Of a stretch of DNA of 64,000 nt, positions 1 through 14,056 are shown piece after piece (position 1 is the first letter of the stretch; every line of letters starts with the position of its first letter). This DNA comes from Blepharisma stoltei ATCC 30299 (taxonomy: Eukaryota > Protista > Ciliophora), in contig CBFDEM010000023.1 in NCBI GenBank assembly GCA_965603825.1, positions 124,001 through 188,000 of the forward strand. Direction: 5' to 3'. Below the pieces are notes generated by a model. It was not told the origin of the DNA and searched no databases. It was given only the letters and a program-made list of their open reading frames with translations. The translations under genes were made by a program, and so were the position numbers.

Positions 1-3000
1 AGTCATACATGTAAAGTGACATCTCCTTTTTTAAAGATAATTTTCATTGAATGTATATTGCCCCTCCTTCTCATAAGCCAACATTTTTCGTAAACTTGCT
101 GTTAGAGATTGAAAGTGAATGGGATCCTGTTTGCAAACTCGCTAAGGCATAATAGATAGCTCCTCCTGAAAGTAAAGGTGAAATATTTGAATCGAAGTCA
201 GTAGACTCAATTGACAATACCTGGCCTAAAAAATATAGCGCACCCCCTAAGTCAGCACTATTTTCAGTAAAGTTACAACTAATTAATGATAGCTGATAGC
301 AATTGCTGTCAACATAGATCACTCCTGGGCTACTGGGAAGATTGTTAACATTTCTTGCAAACTCTGATCCAAAAATCAATATAGAGGCTACTTTTGTGAA
401 AAATAAACAAGTCCCATTGGTACTTTGGCCAGAATTGTCATTAAAATGAGAGGAATTTATGAATGGATTTGTTGTATTTGAAATAATAATAGAAGGAGAA
501 GAGTTTTCTCAATGATTATTTTCGATATGCATTTCCGACATTGTAAAGTTGAGAGAATCAGAAATCGAGGATAGAAATTTGCAGTCTAAACTTGCTGGGT
601 TTGATACTCGAAGTTTGAGGTAGAGATTTGGATCTGAAATATAGAAATCCAGAAGAATTGAATTAATGTTTTTACCTGACATTATTCCATTTGATTGCAT
701 TAGAGAATTGCTCATTTTTATATTTCCCATTCTTTTAATGCTTAGTAAACCACTTTTTCCACAGTTATTATCATTAAACTGCACATCATTGATTTCTAGC
801 CACTTGGCTAAATACTTCACTTGAATAATAACCCCTGACGGCACTGTATAGTTTAAATATTTGTCGTTCAAATGCTCTTCATCTATATATCCAGCCTGGA
901 TATCTATTAATGCACCATTCTCCACTCCATTAGAATAAAGGGTGCAGTTATCAATTAGAACGTTTTGGTTTTGATTTACAAACTTAGCCAGTAAGATTCC
1001 AACACTTTTACCATAATTTGACTCGAAACGAGAGTGCTTTATAAGTAATTGGTTTGCTTTAGATTGCTTAACTTCTAATTTATTGTCTACTTGAACAGAA
1101 CCAGTAGAAAAAGTTAACGGGAGGTTTATTAAACCAAGTTCACAGTAATTATAAATAAAGGTGCAGGAATCTATCTCAACAGCACCTGAAAATTTTCCAG
1201 CGATCAATGAAGCCGTGCTAAGTTCGCTTTCTATTTCAAGAGTGAATTCTTTTCGATGGACTATATTGTTTCTGAATTCAACATTTTTGATTGAAACAGA
1301 ACCTCCGCTAACTATATATAAAAACCCTCGTAAATCTTTGGGGTCCAGAAGTTCATAACCATTGTTGATCCTCGAAACAGTTCCTTCACTATAATAAAAG
1401 TTTCCGCCAGGAGCTTCTAAACCAAATAATTCAATATTAATACCGCCCACAATTACAGCTGATTGCTCTTTACTTGAAAGAATAATATTATCAAAAGTAA
1501 CATTTTTCAATGTGATATTAGAATTATCATAGTAGTTTATAATGCTCCAAAGGCTGGTTCTAAAATTGACAAAGCTAACATTTGTTAAAAAAGCATTCGC
1601 ATTTTCTATAGGAAGAAAGCTTGAATCAAAATTCTGATCCTTGCAGACATTCTCAGGCATGAATTCGCTAACTACTTCTTCTCTGTCATTTAAACTACCG
1701 ATTCCTGCTTTATACATGATAAAGGGGCAGTAATCACAATATGCGCCTGAACAACCTTCTAATCAGTAGCTTCCTTTGAAAATAATATTTGAAAGCTCAA
1801 AGATTTGGTTATATGAGCGTATAAAGTGAAGACCGCCTCAATCATAATACAAATCTTGAATAATGACTTGTTTGCCTGTTCAACTTTCGATTTTCAAGTA
1901 TTTTGGATTGAAGGAGCTGAAAGAAGACTGACAATAATGGTTATCTTCATAATATCCTGAACCATCTATAGAATAGGGTCCATCATCTAAAAGGTAAACA
2001 ACCATGTAGTTATGACTAAGCGATGACATGGATAATCATAAGTACTGGTATGGTCAATTAAAAGTCCCATCACCAGCAAACTCTAGACCATTTGGAGTTG
2101 AAGTTACGAAATAAATATAAGGATTGCTTATGCTTGAAGTATCTTGATAATCCCATATAAAGTATGAGCTATCTGGGAGACGATAGGGGCATTTGGAAGT
2201 ATGCAATAGAATATCAACGCAAATTCCATCTAATAAAACCCACCCTTCAAATCAAGAATTCGTGCAAGCCATGCATTGGCCTAAACTACTATTCCCATAG
2301 AATCTAGCACACGCATAATCTTCATTACTTCTTTCGTTGCAATTGCCATTCGCATAATTACACTCAATTATGTTGCATTCAGGATAGCAGTTAGCCAAAT
2401 CAAAAGCTTTATCAATGGTGCATTCGTAGTCTGATGCCGTATAGCAGTCTTCCAAATGAGCAACATATGTATAATTTTTGCGAATATTCTGCTGGTATGA
2501 AGAAAAGATTGCTAGAGAAGTGTTTTGGCATCACAGATCTTGGAATTGTAGAACTTTATCATAATTGCATGAAGCGACCAAACATTCTGACTTGCACTTT
2601 CCATAGTCTAAGTACGTGCAACCTTCAGCGCATTGGCAATCCTGATAATCGTGATAACAGTCGTAATTACTGCATTCTGGATCGCAATTAGTATCTCCCA
2701 GCATTTCTGGATAGCACCCACTGGCGCAGGCTCCACAATCGTGGTTATCAAGCGTGCAATTCCAGTTGTTGCAAGCTTCGTCACAATTTCCATCTCCAAG
2801 CATGTGCTCAAAGCAGCCTGGAGAGCAGTCGCAATCATACTCGTCATAGTTGCACTCTTCTACGTGGCAAGCTTCTTCGCAAATTGAGTTTCCTATCATT
2901 CATAGGTAGCATCCTGGAGCACAAGTGGCATTGAAGCAATCTCCTAGGTCAAAATTGCATTGGGAATTTTGGCATTCAATGTCACAAACTCCATCACCCA

Positions 3001-3466
3001 TCATTTCCGCAGTGCATCCTATAGAGCATTCTTTACAAGCTCCTAGTCCATAGTAGCAGGAAGGAACATTACAGTTTGGATCGCAAACTTTATTTTCATT
3101 TCCATTTTCTAAGTCAATAAGGCACGAGGATGCGCAATTTCCACAGTCTCCTCAGTCAAAGCCGCAGCTTTTTGTGTTGCAAGAATCGTGGCAAATTCCA
3201 TCGCCAAGATTTTTTGGGTCGCATCCATCGATTGAAATGCAGTCCCAATAGCAGTCTGAGCTAACCTTTTTAGAAGCTGGGTCATGGAGAGCTGAGTCAT
3301 AGCCGCAAAAAACATTCATGCAATTAAGATTGCACTCGCCGTCGCCTTTCTAATTATATTTTACTCTGATGTCTGGGCACGAGATTTGATCGCAAAGCTG
3401 CTTTGTGGCAGAAACTATGCAAAGTGCAATCATAAGAGGAACCACAGATTTCCCCAACATAATCAT
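1..3466 (-). CDS. Giant surface/membrane protein paralog 1 (signal peptide, ~9 LNR/Notch-like Cys repeats, beta-helix repeats); 3' end outside window; 15-nt intron 3350-3364
   Basis: ORF fragments 71-379, 509-1717, 2252-2455 and 2531-2899 share one frame and end in TGA. ATG at 3466/3460 starts MIMLGKSVVPLMIALCIVSA. Repeats such as GDGxCDxxCxxxxCxxDxxDC; GGA(L/I)Y and FxxN repeats. Confidence 0.85.
3350..3364 (-). other. 15-nt spliceosomal intron GTAAAATATAATTAG
   Basis: GT..AG, A at position 10, in-frame TAG; removal gives ...CPDIR|KGDGECNLNC (first LNR repeat). Confidence 0.9.
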
Positions 3467-3546
3467 AATTTTTTATATATTTTATTAAATTTACTAATTT
3501 TAGTTCACTTACTAACTAGATTAATGAAATTAAGGCCATTTAGTGC

Positions 3547-6500
3547 TTAACGATAAACGCATTCAAAATTTGAGAAATCACCAATTTCTCCATGACTTTG
3601 GTTGGGAGTCAAAGCACTTTTAAAGGGTTTTTCTTGATCAAAGTTTTCTGGTAAGCTTTCTTGTTCTGCTGCATAATGCAAATCTAGGGTCTTAAGCTGC
3701 AAGCTTTCAATTGAAGAAATAGAAAAATTTTGATTTCTGCTGGCATTTTTCAAAGTTTCTGGCTGATTGATGACTTCGGGATTTGAAATAGGCATTACTT
3801 TAGTACCTTTAAATAATTTCTTTATCTTTTCAATTATAATTGGGATGCTAAATTTAAATAACTTGAAGAATCAATAAGCCACAAAATATATATTTGCGAT
3901 AAATATAAAAATGAATAAAATGGTTTTCGCAGTATCCCCCAGAGAGCCGGTCAAATAAAATAATCCACTGAAAATTGTGATCACGCATACTGTTTTTGCG
4001 GCTAGCTCTGTATTATTTAAGCTATCTTCGATATAAGGCTTGTTTTCATATTGGAGATCCCAAAATAATAGCAATAAGGCTGCAGCAATAAGTGCCTGAA
4101 TTTTTATATTTACTACCGTCAGAAAAACCGAGCAGCAAACTAAGAGAAGCTTGCCATATAAAATAACAAACTCCCAAAAATATTGCTTTGGCTTAAATCC
4201 TCTAAAAAGAAACCCATACCTTAGCTTGACATTGACATGCTCTAGCATTTTTCTCTGCCTTATAATGTTTATTAGGCATATTACAGGGAAAAAAATTCCT
4301 CATACAATTAAAGCAGGGATGGTAACAGCTAAAATATAAAAGACATGTCTTAACTCCCAGCATCTTATGCTAAGATCTTCTTTAAGCCAAAATTCTCCAG
4401 AGTTGATTTCTGTGCAGTTAAAAGACCCAAGCAATTTTTTTACAATTGTTGGGTGTATGAGGAACAAAATAATGATGCAGGTCGATATAAAATCATCTCA
4501 AAAGTTTTTATGTGATTTCTGAGCTGCTTTAATGAAAATTCATATAATAAAGGCTATGAAAAATGCAATTGCTGGAAATGCTGCGATAATTATCAACGTC
4601 TTGAAATAGGTATCGCTTCCATGATCTTCTTTCAAAAGGCACTCAAAGGAATAGATTTGCTGATAAACATAGTCGACTCCATTTTGGACGTAAAATAGTT
4701 CTATCACTTCTGAAGGTCAGTTCAAGTCAAAATTGGAAGCAATATTTACCAACTGTATGTAATTCAAAAAAATTTTGAGGTATACTGGCGCTAGAGCTGT
4801 GGGTTTTAAAGCTGACTTGATTATGGATCTCACAAGTAAGAAAGCTATAATGATAAACAAGCAAAAAATGGCGACTATTATGAAGATATTCAATGCTAAG
4901 GACGGGCATTCTTTGCACCTGCTACTTAATGATCTAGAGTAATTTTCTTGGCAAGATTGGCATTTGTTGCCTTTGTAACCTTTGCTGCAAACCCCAGTAT
5001 AGGAGACTTTATCTGCATCAGGGGATCCAAGACAAGCAGAAGGATTTGGGCATTTCCAGAACTGATCTGTATATGGGTTATCTCTTCAGTACCCAGACTT
5101 TGGAGACATTCTATAGCTCCCATAGCACACAGCTGCAGCAGGGCAAGCCAAGCATGCAGTTGAGGATGTGTCTAAGCTGTAATAGCCCTGAGGGCATACT
5201 TTGCATAGGTTCCCTGTCTTAACTTCGCCAGTTCTGCAGCTTCTCATTTTAGCGTTGATGTATAAAGACTGGCTTGATGAGCTGTCTGAGGCCAGTGCTT
5301 TTGATATATCGATACTTGACGAAAACACTTTAATTTGAACATCTGTTTCTGGCTCTGCAGAAACTGTATATGACGAGAAGTTGAAAATCCCGTTCACTGC
5401 AGTTACTTTTATAATTCCATCAACTATAGCTGAAGAGATTGGTTCTATTTCTCCAATGCTCTCACTATCAGAGCTTACAATTTGATTGAAAGTATCTACC
5501 AAAGCAATAAGTAGAGGTTTGGGACTTTTTTGGCCTGAAGCCACGTCTGTTAAATTAAAGGTTGAGATGGGGATTTGACTCAAAGCCCTTCCATTGAAAT
5601 TTTCAGCTAGTGTTCCATCCTCATTTGCTACCATGAGTTTGACTGGGTATGAAGCCACATCCTTCCCATAAATTGCAGAATTATCTTTGAAGATGTTATT
5701 CTTTAAGCTAGGCTCTTCATTATCAAAGTATATGCCACCTCCATTAAGACTGGCTGAATTTTCGGTTAAGTCGCAAGATTCTAATTTAAAATCGCAATAA
5801 TTTGCATTGGAACAGCTCATATAAACTCCTCCAGCCTGCCCGTAGTTTTTTTTTTCTGAGGCTAAAAAGTCAGCTTTATTATTTGTAAATTGAGATGAAG
5901 TAATCGCCAAAGTGATATCCTTTACATAGATAGCCCCTCCTGCTCCTCCAGTATTGCGTTCAAATAAGCAATTACTTATTTCACAGCTGCTTTTTTTCGT
6001 ATTTCCATTGTCTGTTGCTATATATAATGCCCCACCTAAAGAATCTACATAATTTTCGGTAAAGGAGCAATCTGTAAGGTAAATTGCCTCGCAATTTAAG
6101 CAGTAGACAGATCCTCCCAGAGTCCCATTCCCTGCTGTGAAATGGGAGTCTTTTATTTCTAGACTTGTTAGCTGGCTGCCATATAGGCCAGAACCTATAA
6201 AGCTATTAAAATAAGAATTTTCTATTAAGATTGAGGCTTGATATGCATAGATGATCCCATCTAAAAAAGAGTTTATGTCTAAAAATTGACAGTCTTTAAT
6301 TTCTAAATTGCTGTCGTAGGCTACATAGATTGAAGCTCCAGAGGCAGAAATGAGCTGACTAAATGACGAAGATTGAAGGTAAATGGAACTCTGACTTGAA
6401 TATATAGCTCCTCCTCCTTTAGTTGAATTACCATCATGCAATTTAGAATTTATAATATGCACCTGACTTTCCAAAGTTGCGCAAACAGAGCAGCCCAGTG

Positions 6501-9500
6501 TGCATACCTGGTCAGTAATCTCAGAACTCTCTATTTTGATAGTTGACATTATGAGCTTAATTCCAGGAGAACTGTTTTTATATATACGAGAAAATGAAAC
6601 TTCTAAATCTGAGCTCATCAAGTAAATGACACTTCCTTTGGAAAGATGATCAAAAAATTTACTTGAGCTAATTGTTGAGTTTTTGGCATTAAATATATAA
6701 ATGGCATCTCCATCACTTTCACCTACATTTTTCGAAAATAATGAATATGAAATATTCAGCACAGAATCTTCCTCTGCATACAAAGCACCTCCAAAACCAC
6801 TTTGGGCTAAGTTTGCTGTAAAAGTGCAAAAACTGCAAGTAAGATAAGATTTTGACCTTAGAGAAATTGCTCCTCCCATCGAACTACTTGTATTATTTAA
6901 AAACAAAGTTGAGATTAATTCAAGATTGGCAGAATTTTGAAGGTGGATGCAAGAAGAATCGGCAGAGTTATGGCGAAAAATTGAGCCTGTATCAGATAGT
7001 GAGTCAAAAATTATATAAAACATGCTTCCAGTATTATATTCAAAAGTGCAAAATTGAGTCACAATTTGCGTAGAACTGCTTGGGTTGTCAGAAAAGACAA
7101 TTGAATCCCCTTGATTATTTTCAAATGTGCAGGAATCGAAAATAAGCTTCGAATTCGTAGAATTTCTGAAATTGGCATAAAAAGCTGCCCCTTTTGGACC
7201 TGCGTTCTTGATAAATTTACAGTCCTTAAATTTCAAGGTCCCAGAGTTGTATAAAGATATAGAGCCAGAAACCCCGACTCGGCTTTCAAGGAACTGGCAA
7301 TCAATTACATTTGAAGAGCTATGAAGTGAAACTGATCTATCTAAATAAATTGAAGAGCCATAAGAGGCAGCATTTCCACTAAATAGCGAATCAGAAATTA
7401 TTAATTCAATAGAATTTTGGGATAAAGCTTGCGCTATATAGATGGCGCCTCCGTTCAGCCCAAATCCATTTGCAAAGGTACTTGAAGAGACCTTAAACAA
7501 TTTCTGATCTGAACTTTCTGAAAACAAAGTATAGATTGATACTCCATAGCCACTTGGAGAAGAATTCAAGTCAAATGTTGACGAATCGATTAATAAGTCC
7601 ATTCCTGAAAAGCTAGCTGCAGCTCCAATATTACCAGTATTGTTGAAGAATGTGCAATTAATGATGGACGAGCTTTGGCTATCTTTTATTTGAATGGCTC
7701 CATTTCCTGAAAAATAAGTATTTTGGTTGTTGGAAAATGTTGATTTTGCTAAATTCCTCTCAAATGCCCCTGTAATCAGCAGGCAAGTTGGGGCAGCTCC
7801 TTCTCCGTAGTTTGAGTCACAATTGATTGAGGTGATTTCTTTGGTATCTGACTCAACAATGCTGAAGGTTGGGGAAGAGGCTCTACATATATTGTTAGTT
7901 AAATTAATAAATGAAATATCCAAGCTGTATGAGTTTGAAATCGAAGCCAGTCATTCGCAGTCAATTGACCCTGGAGATTCCTTTTCTTTCCTGATATATA
8001 TATCATCGTTTTTCACGAAGTAATCAAGAACCAGCGTGTTTATATTGTTGCTATCATCTGAAGACCCGTTAGCATCAAAAATGGCATCCTTAATTAAAAA
8101 ATTTGCCATATAGCCTGCTTTAAACATGCCTTGAGCGTAATTTTTTGTGAAATTCAGATTTTTTATTTTGCATCATCTTGGCGCAATTGTTGCGTTGATA
8201 ACTTTTCCGAACTGATTTGTGATTTGCTTTGTCGTTCATCTTTTGTACTCTTCCAGCATTGCATAGTTATCTAAATTAATTAAAGGACCTTCAAGAGCTC
8301 CATTCAGTTCAAACGATATGTCTTGAAGCGCAAAGTTCAAGAGATAATTTGAATAGTGAATATAAATGAAGCTGGAATCTGCATAGTTCGATTTAAATGT
8401 TAAGCCTTCAAATACAATATGATTTAATTCTAAATAATTTATGTAGTCAGATGCATTGACTTTATACTGGCTAGCTGATACAGACATATAAATCTGAATT
8501 AAGCCAGTTTCAAAATAATTGTACATAAAAGTGCAGTTAGACAATTTAACAGTAGCAGGCGATTCAAGATATATTAGTGTAGCTTCTGAAACACTGCTTT
8601 GAGGCTTCCTGTAGGCTAAATTATACTTAAAATCTACATTCTCTATACGAACTGAATAAGGGCCAGATGCATGCAAAAATCCACGAAAGTCTCAAGGGTC
8701 TCCGAACTCATACCCATTATTTAGCCTTGAAACAAGCCCTCCCACATATGTAAAAGCAGGGTTGCTATTTGAGCTTGATGAGCTCAGCAAAATCGCTGCA
8801 GTTCCTTGATAATCTACTCAGAAATTGTCAAAATTAACATTAATCAATTTCACACTTCCCTCTCCCTTAATAATAGCTGTCGTTTGGAATCTTCAGTTCT
8901 TTATGTCTGTATTTCTAAGAGTGAGCGTGCAATTTTCGCACCTAAACATAGAATTTCAACCATTTCCATAAAGCGTTGGGTTAGACATAGAAACTCGATC
9001 GCCTCTGTCGCTATAATAGTATCTATCGGTCTCATTAAAAGTGCTGTATCAAACATATTCGCAATATTCAAAGCCAGTGCAGTCGACATCATTAAAGCCT
9101 GACCCATCAAAAATAATATTTTCGAATGTAACATTTTTTTGAAGAACCGCATCTCAAGCAAATCATCCCTTAATTTTTCAAGTTACCTTACTTTCATCCA
9201 ATGAAAAGATGTAGAGATTGCAAAATCGAAAGCTCCATCCATTATCTATTTTATAGGTTCCATCATTTATCAGCATATATATTTTTAGATTGCAATTCGA
9301 TGTAAAAGCTTTTAAATGAGTTTTTAGGTTAAAAAATGGATCTTCAATTGTCCCACTTCCATGAATATTGTTTTGATCCTCATGTTCTTTAGAGGTAAAA
9401 TAAGACACGGGGTAATGAATAAATGTTTTTATTTCTGGATTTGAATAGCAAAAAGAGAATCCAAATAAATTTAAACTTGATAGTGAGCTATTTAAGCATA

Positions 9501-10713
9501 AACTACAAGAAGAGCTTGAGATTTCGGAGGAGAAAGTGCAGAAATTGCAGAGATTTTGGGCATCAGCAGGAAGATTGCTTTGGCAATCTGATAAGGAGCT
9601 TGTGTGGCAAAGACCATAGTTGCATTCAGGTATAAAGCATTCTGGATGGCATTCATTTTTGTCTAGAGCCATAGTGAGATTGCATTTATGGCTAGACGCC
9701 TCTCAGCAGTCATCAAAACTTACAATTGAACTGGTATCATTTCTAATTATCTGCTGATAAACAGTAAACCAGATCAATTCCTGGTTTTTGCACCGCTTTT
9801 CAGAATCTGAGCTCATTTGATCATAATTACATTCCCCTACTAAGCATTCAGGATTGCACTTCCCATAGTCCTCGACCGCGCAAAACTCAGAGCACCCACA
9901 AATGCCATAGTCTCACTCACAATTGGCAGTATTGCATTCAGGATCGCATTTTTGGTTTGAAAGTTTCGCGATGGTGCATCCACTTGAGCAGTGTCCACAG
10001 TCTCCTTTATCAAACTCACAATCTAAATTATTGCATTCTTCATCGCATACCCCGTCTCCTCATATACTGTTTGAGCATTCTGGTGTACATCCACAGTCCT
10101 TTTTATCATATTCACATTCTTCGTTATCGCAAGCTTGGTCGCAAATTGAGTTTCCTACCATCCAAATAAAGCAATTTTCAGCGCAAGTGAGGTTTAAGCA
10201 GTCTCCGTTATCATAATTACACTGAGAATTGCTGCATTCGCTATCGCAATTTCCATCTCCTCAGATTGTTGAATTGCACCCTGGAGAGCATTCTCGGCAT
10301 ACGTTTTCTGCGTAATAGCAACCAGGAACATTACATGCTGAATTGCAAGTTCCATTTAGTTGATTTTCTTGACCTATATGCAATTTACACTCAGTGCCAC
10401 AGTAGCTGCAATCTCCAAAGTCATAGCCACAACTAGGAGTGTCTCATTCACTATTACAATTTCCGTCCCCAAGTTCTTTAGAGGCATACCCTAATTGGCC
10501 AAGGCAGGAATAGTAGCAATCAGATTTTTGAGGAGAATCACCAGGACTCCAGTTTGATCCAGAATCAAAACCACAATAGGATGTCATGCAGTTTATGTCG
10601 CAATTTCCATCACCTCGCTACATAAAAGTTACTGCTTGAGGAGGGCAGAGATTTGGGTTGCAATTGATGAGGCCATAAGCATTGGAGAGAAGCATGACAA
10701 TTAAAAAGATCAT
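3547..10713 (-). CDS. Giant surface/membrane protein paralog 2, ~2383 aa (signal peptide, LNR repeats, beta-helix repeats, CxxC region, multi-pass TM C-terminus); 15-nt intron 10618-10632
   Basis: Fragments 3547-3795, 3871-4248, 5086-7923, 8236-8676 and 9178-9672 and the ATG at 10713 (MIFLIVMLLSNAYG) are all in one frame with TGA=Trp. Ends at TAA 3547. Motifs GSGTIEDPF, GGAIY repeats, CKVCPQGYYS, RYGFLFRGFK..YFWEFV. Confidence 0.9.
10618..10632 (-). other. 15-nt spliceosomal intron GTAACTTTTATGTAG
   Basis: GT..AG, A at position 10, in-frame TAG; removal gives CPPQA|RGDGNCDINC, the same position as the intron in paralog 1. Confidence 0.9.
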
Positions 10714-10830
10714 ATTGGGAATTTTTATAAAGAAAAGGGTTTTTATGAATAACTGATTACTAATTTTTTATAAAATCCAAAATTCTCAATTAAAAACTTT
10801 TTAAAATGAAGGAAATTAGCTTTATTAATC

Positions 10831-11085
10831 CCTCGCCTCATCCAATAAGATATCTTATACAAACTACTCTTCCTTTTCTTGAAATGCACGTTTATTTATG
10901 CCACAATAGGCATCGGCGGGTCAATAATTGGATTTATTACCTTATTGTTCTTAATTCTAGCTAATTATTCTCAAGGAAGTTCCTCCGCTGAGAGATTTGT
11001 AGGAGCTTTGCTTATTTTTTATTTCATTTCTAAATACTGAGCATGGTATGCCAAAATCTCCAAAGCGAATTTTTTGGCTGTTTTA
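10831..11085 (+). pseudogene. Relic fragment of the small multi-TM gene family (copy of ~18491-18845)
   Basis: Clear nucleotide similarity (cgcctcatccaat, cttgaaatgcacgtttattta, ggcgggtcaata, gctaattattctcaaggaagttcctcc, gagagatttg). It has 1-nt indels, no start codon, and only a patchy tail remnant after 11036. Confidence 0.8.
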
Positions 11086-11396
11086 AAGAGGATACGTTAA
11101 ATATTATTTTATAATATGGAGTTAAATAAAGTAATCTTAAGTGTTAAAATTATTGTGCATGAATTTTATAAGTAAATTAAAAAATATAGGCTTATACAAG
11201 CTTGTTTGTTTTTTAAATAATTTATTTGCTTCTTGATTTCTGTTTAAACTTTTAAAAAAGCTGAATTAAAAATAAGCTAGAAACTTTTATTAGCGAAATC
11301 ATTTATTGAGATTTTATAAATGTAGGACCATTTAGCGCAAGAATAATAATTTTAATTAATCTACGTCAATTATATATAATTAAATTCAAAATCAAG

Positions 11397-14056
11397 TTAC
11401 ATACTGCCTACTTCTGAAGGAAATGGATCTTTTTCGCAACATAAGCTATCCTGATCATTTAAAGGTTTTTCTAAGTTTTCAGTATTAGTACCTATTCTGG
11501 TTTGATTTGGCACGAGATTATAGCTTTGATCTTGAATTTTTGAATTTTCTGCATTGCAGGAGTCTACATTTGACTCATAATTTTCATCAATTCCTATCTC
11601 TACTCTGCCTCGTTTGAGAGCTAGAATTAAAATTTTTATAATTTTAAAAGCTTCAAGAGTGGACTTATAAAGGCATCAGAGAGCAAATGCTATATTTGAT
11701 AGCAGTACAACTACAAGAAGGAAAAATTTGCCAGCGTAATTTAAAGCTCCTGTTAGAAAGAAAAGACCTGAAAATGCAGTAAGTAGTGAGATAAATTTTG
11801 ATACAAATTCCATTCTATTAAAAATTTGCAAAATAAATGGCGTGTTTCTGCGCTGGGTATGTAGAAATACGTATAATAGGATGACAGCAGCAATAGCTTG
11901 GACAGCTATTGACACATTTGATAAAAAAATAGAAAAAGCTATTAAAATCATTTTTGAATACGCAATTACAAACTCTCAGTAATAATATTTTGATTTATAG
12001 CCATTGAAAAGAAATCCATAGCGCAACTTTATTCACACTTCGTCAAGCCTATCTCCGTTTCTAGCTAAATTAGTAAGGCATAAGGCAGGCACTGCGATTC
12101 CTCATATAATTATAGCTGGCATTGCTATGATAAAAGCATAGAAAGAATGCTCTGGAGTTCAGCATCTTATATCGAGTTCCGCGTTAAGCCAAAATTCCCC
12201 TGGATTGATTTCTTTACAGCTATAAATGCTAAACAGGTCATACATCAAGCTCGGATGGATTAAGAATAGCATGACCACAGCAGTCGATATAAAATCGTCC
12301 ATTATATAATGGAATCTCTTAGTCCTGATCTTTCAAAAAAATAAGCCAGCAAAACAGAAAATTCCGAGACAAAAGGGCATTGCAGAGGAGATGACAATTC
12401 TTTTAAAGTACACATCATCTCGAGATACTGAGAGTTGTAAAAAGCATTCTAAAGAGTATAATAGCTGTCCAGTATAATCAAGAATATCATTTATATGAAA
12501 AAGCTCAATTACTTCATTGGGTCAGTTTAAATTGAAAGTCGTTATTATTACCAGCACCTGCAAGAAATTTCAGAATATCCTAATATAGACTGAAGTAAAA
12601 GCTTCTGACCTGTACACAGAATTTCTTGCAGTTTTTATCATTATAACTAGAATGGTAATAATAAAAACAAGAAAGCCAAGCAGTCTAAAGACATTGCTAA
12701 CAATCCCAGGGCATTTTATGCATTCATTCTTATATAGTCTTGAGTAATTATGTTTACAAGACTGGCACATATTCCCTTTATAGCCCTCCTTGCAAACTCC
12801 TGTATAAGATAAATTGTGAATATCTGGAGAACCCAGACAAGCTTTTGAGTATGGGCAATTTCAGAATATGCTTGTCATCATGCTATTTCTTCAATATCCT
12901 TTCTTTGGAACTATTGTATAATTGTCGTAACAAATGGCTGATGAAGGACATGGTAAGCATGCAGCGTTTTTCGGATTCAAACTGTAGTAAGGCTTCTTAC
13001 AACCATAGCAAGTCCCATTGACAGTGGCTTCTCCAAGTTGGCAGAGCCTAAGCTTGATATCAATGTAGAAGCTCGAGGGGTGCTCAATGCTGTCACTTGT
13101 TTCCAGGATTGCTGAAGTGTAAACTCTTATTTGAGATGAAGACCCCGGTTCTGCAGTGATTGTGTAGCCAGAGAAATTGAATACTCCCTGCACAGCATAA
13201 ACTATTGTTAAGCCAGAAATAAGAGCTGAAGAAGGGCTTACAACTTGCAGCTGAGCTTGGCTTATATTATCAGTCTTGATAACTTGATTTAAGTGATCTA
13301 CTAAGGCAAAAGCTATTGGAAATTTACTTTCTTGGCCTGAGGCAACATTGTTTAAAGTCAAACTGGTAGTAAGTTTTCTGGTGTCAGGCTGGTCTCCAAT
13401 AGTGTTGTTTTCAGTTACATACTCCATAGCAATAGGAAAAGAGCTCATATCATCCCCGTATTCCGCAAAATTGCTTATAAATTTATTTTCATTGAATATG
13501 TATTTTGCATATTTTCAATTGATCGCACCTCCATTATATGTAGCTCTATTTCAATAAAAAGAGCAGAAAGAGACGTTAAAAGAGCAAGTGCCAAAATTTT
13601 GGCAATTAAAATTGACTGCACCACCTGCTCCATCTATAACTCCTCTCTCAGCAGCATTAAGTTCTAAAGAAATAGCAGAATTTTTAGTGAAGCTTGACTG
13701 ATAAATCTCAAGATTTATGCTATTTGTTCATACTGCTCCTCCAATACTAGATGTATTATTTTTAAATGTGCTTAGCAATATCAAATGCTTGTTATCAATA
13801 GGGAAATCAGTATCAGTGGCAAAATAAATAGCTCCTCCTTCTTCAGAGGCGTTATTTTCAAATAAGGATGATTGAATAGCAACATCTTTACACCTTAAAC
13901 AATAAATGGACCCTCCATTTTGCCCACGTCCTTCAGAAAATACAGAATCTGAAACTTGCAAAGAATTTAATTCGCGGCCACGTATTGCAGTTGTAGTATA
14001 ATCCTGAAATGTTGTGTTATATATAAAAAGATCGCAATTAATTGCATCAATAGCTA
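11397..14056 (-). pseudogene. 5'-truncated giant surface protein paralog 3 (C-terminal ~885 codons only)
   Basis: Fragments 11676-11951, 12570-12770, 12891-13448 and 13728-13961 share one frame with TGA=Trp, ending TAA 11397. Colinear with paralog 2 (VASGQ, AEPG, CxxC, RYGFLF). Homology stops abruptly at ~14056 with no start, signal peptide or LNR repeats. Confidence 0.8.
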
